This document shows, one piece after another, positions 61,178-64,000 of a stretch of DNA of 64,000 bases. This DNA is from an uncultured Candidatus Woesearchaeota archaeon (GTDB lineage Archaea; Nanobdellota; Nanobdellia; UBA10117). A program made the translations under genes and the position numbers. The stretch is from NCBI GenBank assembly GCA_903864915.1, contig CAIPHS010000011.1:14634-78633 (forward strand), written 5' to 3'. The stretch's first letter is position 1. The number at the start of each line of letters is the position of its first letter. The notes below the pieces were generated by a model. That model ran no database searches. It had not been told where the DNA came from and worked only from the letters and a program-made list of their open reading frames with translations.

Positions 61178-61223
61178 AGCTCCATTAGTTTTAACGGTTT
61201 AAAAACCTTTCAAAGTCGCATAG

Positions 61224-61233
61224 TTTTATAAAT
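61224..61233 (+). promoter_or_regulatory. TATA-box-like element
   Basis: ttttataaat lies about 21-30 nt upstream of the ATG at 61254. Confidence 0.3.
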
Positions 61234-61253
61234 AGAAAAAAAGAAATATCGCT

Positions 61254-61445
61254 ATGGCAAAGGATGAAGAAATTGGTTTTCACAAGGGAGCTATAACAAC
61301 ATTGCTAAAAGAAAGGCAGGAAATGATACGCCTGATTGGAATCATTGATGCTTTGTTGAAAGCACATTCCGAAGCTTTGCAAAAACTTGGCGTCAGTTTG
61401 GAAGCCCCGAAAGAAGAAGCACCTAAGGCCAAGAAAAAGAAATAA
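61254..61445 (+). CDS. small helical protein with Lys-rich tail
   Basis: 63-aa ORF with a TATA-like box upstream. Confidence 0.4.
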   Translation: MAKDEEIGFHKGAITTLLKERQEMIRLIGIIDALLKAHSEALQKLGVSLEAPKEEAPKAKKKK

Positions 61446-61465
61446 TCACACTTACTGAGGCACAA

Positions 61466-62713
61466 ATGAGATTACACTGTTTAGGCGGTTTTAGGGAAGT
61501 TGGCAGGAATGCTATTTTTCTTGAAGGCGAGAAAAACGTAATGCTCGATTACGGCACAAAAGTAGAGACCAGCGAAGCTCCTAAGATGCCGAAAGAAAGG
61601 GTTGATGCCCAATTTTTGACACATGGGCATTTAGACCATCTCGGCAACACAGCAATGCTTTTTAGCAAGACGCACTGCAAGTCATACACAACCGCACCAA
61701 GTGTAGAGTACTGCGATTTATTGCTGCATGATTCTATGAAGATTGCAAAAATCAAAGGCTACCAGCTCAAGTACGGGCTGGGAGATGTATTGGATCTCAA
61801 GAAGGCATTCCAAAGGGTCAGTTATGGTGATGAAATCAGAGTTGGGCCAAAGACAACTGTAGGCATCTGGGATGCAGGGCACATTCCAGGAAGCTGCATC
61901 TTTGTCGTGAATTCCGATGGTAAAAAGATTCTCTATACTGGGGATTTCAAGCTGGACCCACAAAGAGTCGTTGCTGGCGCCAGATATGATGGTAAAAACA
62001 TAGACACGGTTATCATGGAAACCACATACTCGAGCAAAGAACATCCTGACAGGGCAGAGTCTGAGAAGGGACTTTACAGGGAGATCAAAGAGACTGTTGA
62101 GAGCGGCGGCATTGCCCTGCTTCCGATTTATTCTATTCGTGCACCAGAAATCCTGATGATACTTGACAAGTTCGGCGCCAACTGGCCAATTTACCTGGAT
62201 GGTATGGCCAAAGCTGCAACAAGCATTGCAATGTCACATCCTGAATTTGTACAAGACCACAATGCTTTGCATTCAGCAGTCGAGAATGCAATCCCACTTT
62301 ATGAAACTGAAGAAAGGAACAATGCAATGCGCGAGCCTGGTGTAATCTTAACAACGGGGGCAGCGATGGAAGGCGGGCCAATTGTACATTACATGAAGCA
62401 GCTTTACCCAAGAGAAGACTGTAAAATAATCTTTACAGGTTATCAGATTCCAAAGACAGCTGGGCGATATTTGCTAGATACTGGGCAATATATCTGCGGC
62501 GCAATCAACATGAAAGTCAAGATGAAGATAGAATCATTTGACTTCAGCTCTCATGCCGGAAGAAGCGAACTGCTGAAATTCGTGCAAAAGATAAAGCCAG
62601 AAAAGGTTGTCTGCGTACACGGCGAATACTGCGAAAAATTCGCCACAGAGATAAACAGCAGGTTCGGAATAAAAGCCATCGCGCCAAAGATGGGTGACGT
62701 AGTAAAGCTATGA
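61466..62713 (+). CDS. metallo-beta-lactamase/beta-CASP family ribonuclease (KH-less, aCPSF2-like)
   Basis: THGHLDHLG (HxHxDH), DAGHIPGS, and a C-terminal H in VHGE. 415 aa. Confidence 0.8.
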   Translation: MRLHCLGGFREVGRNAIFLEGEKNVMLDYGTKVETSEAPKMPKERVDAQFLTHGHLDHLGNTAMLFSKTHCKSYTTAPSVEYCDLLLHDSMKIAKIKGYQLKYGLGDVLDLKKAFQRVSYGDEIRVGPKTTVGIWDAGHIPGSCIFVVNSDGKKILYTGDFKLDPQRVVAGARYDGKNIDTVIMETTYSSKEHPDRAESEKGLYREIKETVESGGIALLPIYSIRAPEILMILDKFGANWPIYLDGMAKAATSIAMSHPEFVQDHNALHSAVENAIPLYETEERNNAMREPGVILTTGAAMEGGPIVHYMKQLYPREDCKIIFTGYQIPKTAGRYLLDTGQYICGAINMKVKMKIESFDFSSHAGRSELLKFVQKIKPEKVVCVHGEYCEKFATEINSRFGIKAIAPKMGDVVKL

Positions 62714-63909
62714 AATTTGACAATATATTCAAATTAATTGCCATAAATTTTTTCAACCGTTTGTTTTTCTTTAATGCTATAGTAACTTTTATCTATTTGC
62801 AGAAAGGTTTGAATCTTTTCCAAATTGTCAGCTTGGAAGCTATACTGATCATGTTCATACTTTTCTTCGAAGTCCCAACTGGAATCTTTGCGGACCGCTA
62901 TGGAAGGAAAACATCAATTATTGTGTATTGTTTAGTGCTTATCCTTTCAGAAGTGATATTTTTGTTTGGGCAAGGTTTCTTGATGCTGGCGCTTTCCTCT
63001 GCTTTTGCAGGCATAGCTCTTTCATTTTATTCCGGTGCCGGTGAAGCGCTGCTATACGATTCTTTGAAGGACCAGAAGAAAGAACATCTCATGCATAAAT
63101 ACATGGGCACAATAGGAGCATCTACTTTAGCAGCAGGTGTCATTGCAAGCGTTAGCGGCAGTATTATTGGCGCAGATCTCTCAATGAAATCATTTATACT
63201 TCTCATCCAAATGGCAATAAGTGCAATAGTTATTGGGACTTTATTCTCGCTGACGCTAAAGGAGCCAAAATACAAGGAGAAAAAACGAGAGTTAAATCCT
63301 TTCAAATCACTTCCTGAAGGGCTTAAACAACTAAAATCAAATCCTTCCTTACTAAGGATTGTTTTGCTAAGTATTTTTGCGGCGCCATTTTTCCACATAA
63401 TAACTTTGTTGTACCAGCCATACTTGAAATCATTAGGGATTAGTGTTGCATTGCTCGGTACAATCCTTGCGGTTTCGTTTGTGCTTTCAGCGCTAGCCAG
63501 TAAATATGCCTACAAAGTTGAAGAAAAACTTGGTGTTAGCAAAGGAATTTTATTTGTAACCTTAGCACCAGGCATTCTCTACGTAATATTAGCCTTATTT
63601 AAAAATCCGTTAATCGCTACTGCAGCATTCATAGCCATAGTTGCAATTAGCGGATTTGGCGAACCTTTGTTCGCACATTACCGAAATGTTCACATCAAGA
63701 GTTTCAATAGGGCAACAGTCCTGTCAGTAATAGCCCTATTAGGCGCATTATATGAAACTACTGTGAGGCCCACACTAGGCTGGATTGCCAATACAAACAT
63801 AAATTGGGCTTTTCTAGTAATGGGCATAATTATAATCGTTGCATCACTTACAATAAGACTAAAACCAGAGCATGTTACGCACAAGTTGCATCAAACTTTT
63901 AAAGAATAA
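62710..63909 (+). CDS. MFS transporter
   Basis: About 12 TM helices. The loop GIFADRYGRK is MFS motif A. ATGA overlap with the upstream gene. Confidence 0.8.
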   Translation: MKFDNIFKLIAINFFNRLFFFNAIVTFIYLQKGLNLFQIVSLEAILIMFILFFEVPTGIFADRYGRKTSIIVYCLVLILSEVIFLFGQGFLMLALSSAFAGIALSFYSGAGEALLYDSLKDQKKEHLMHKYMGTIGASTLAAGVIASVSGSIIGADLSMKSFILLIQMAISAIVIGTLFSLTLKEPKYKEKKRELNPFKSLPEGLKQLKSNPSLLRIVLLSIFAAPFFHIITLLYQPYLKSLGISVALLGTILAVSFVLSALASKYAYKVEEKLGVSKGILFVTLAPGILYVILALFKNPLIATAAFIAIVAISGFGEPLFAHYRNVHIKSFNRATVLSVIALLGALYETTVRPTLGWIANTNINWAFLVMGIIIIVASLTIRLKPEHVTHKLHQTFKE

Positions 63910-63927
63910 CAATTTAGTCAAATTATA

Positions 63928-64000
63928 ATGAAAATAAAGATAGGTACGAGTGCAGGGGTTGCACGAACTTTTAAGGAAGCTGAAAAATTTGCGATTAAAA
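63928..64000 (+). CDS. 5' fragment of an unidentified ORF running off the window
   Basis: ATG at 63928 with an open frame (MKIKIGTSAGVARTFKEAEKFAIK) to the window end. Confidence 0.2.
   Translation, partial: MKIKIGTSAGVARTFKEAEKFAIK

Overview
AT-rich archaeal chromosome segment. Archaeal housekeeping genes identify the domain: aIF5B, the Pop5-PsmA-SBDS-Rrp4-Rrp41-Rrp42-RpoK-enolase-uS2 superoperon, L7Ae-S28e-L24e, archaeal-type TyrRS and GluRS, PdaD, Dpo4 and a presenilin homolog. A form III RuBisCO sits next to a ribose-1,5-bisphosphate isomerase-like gene. Lys-rich tails on housekeeping proteins, many orphan genes and tightly overlapping genes suggest a small-genome DPANN-type archaeon; this is inference only. 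I found no rRNA, tRNA, CRISPR array, transposase or integrase. The outstanding region is 9.5-26.5 kb on the minus strand. It holds an 11.2-kb gene for a 3747-aa sequon-rich repeat surface protein. Upstream of it is a tight operon of four genes. The first encodes a 1142-aa multidomain adhesin-like protein whose C-terminal ~125 aa is a paralog of the mature part of the small secreted protein two genes downstream. The others encode a membrane-anchored single Ig-fold (PapD/ASH-like) protein, that 167-aa pilin-like protein, and a C-terminally anchored PGF-pre-PGF-like protein. A 95-aa ORF and a tandem palindromic operator-like site lie at the head of the locus. I interpret the locus as a candidate undescribed archaeal surface-fibre or adhesin assembly system. 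Other items worth follow-up are a four-gene orphan operon (47.1-48.9 kb) wedged beside a ribosomal-protein operon, an enlarged UPF0175/PIN toxin-antitoxin-like pair, an 84-nt nested-hairpin element in a divergent promoter region, stereotyped stop/start junctions, and a divergent short enolase. All functional calls come from by-eye motif recognition. No database search was possible.
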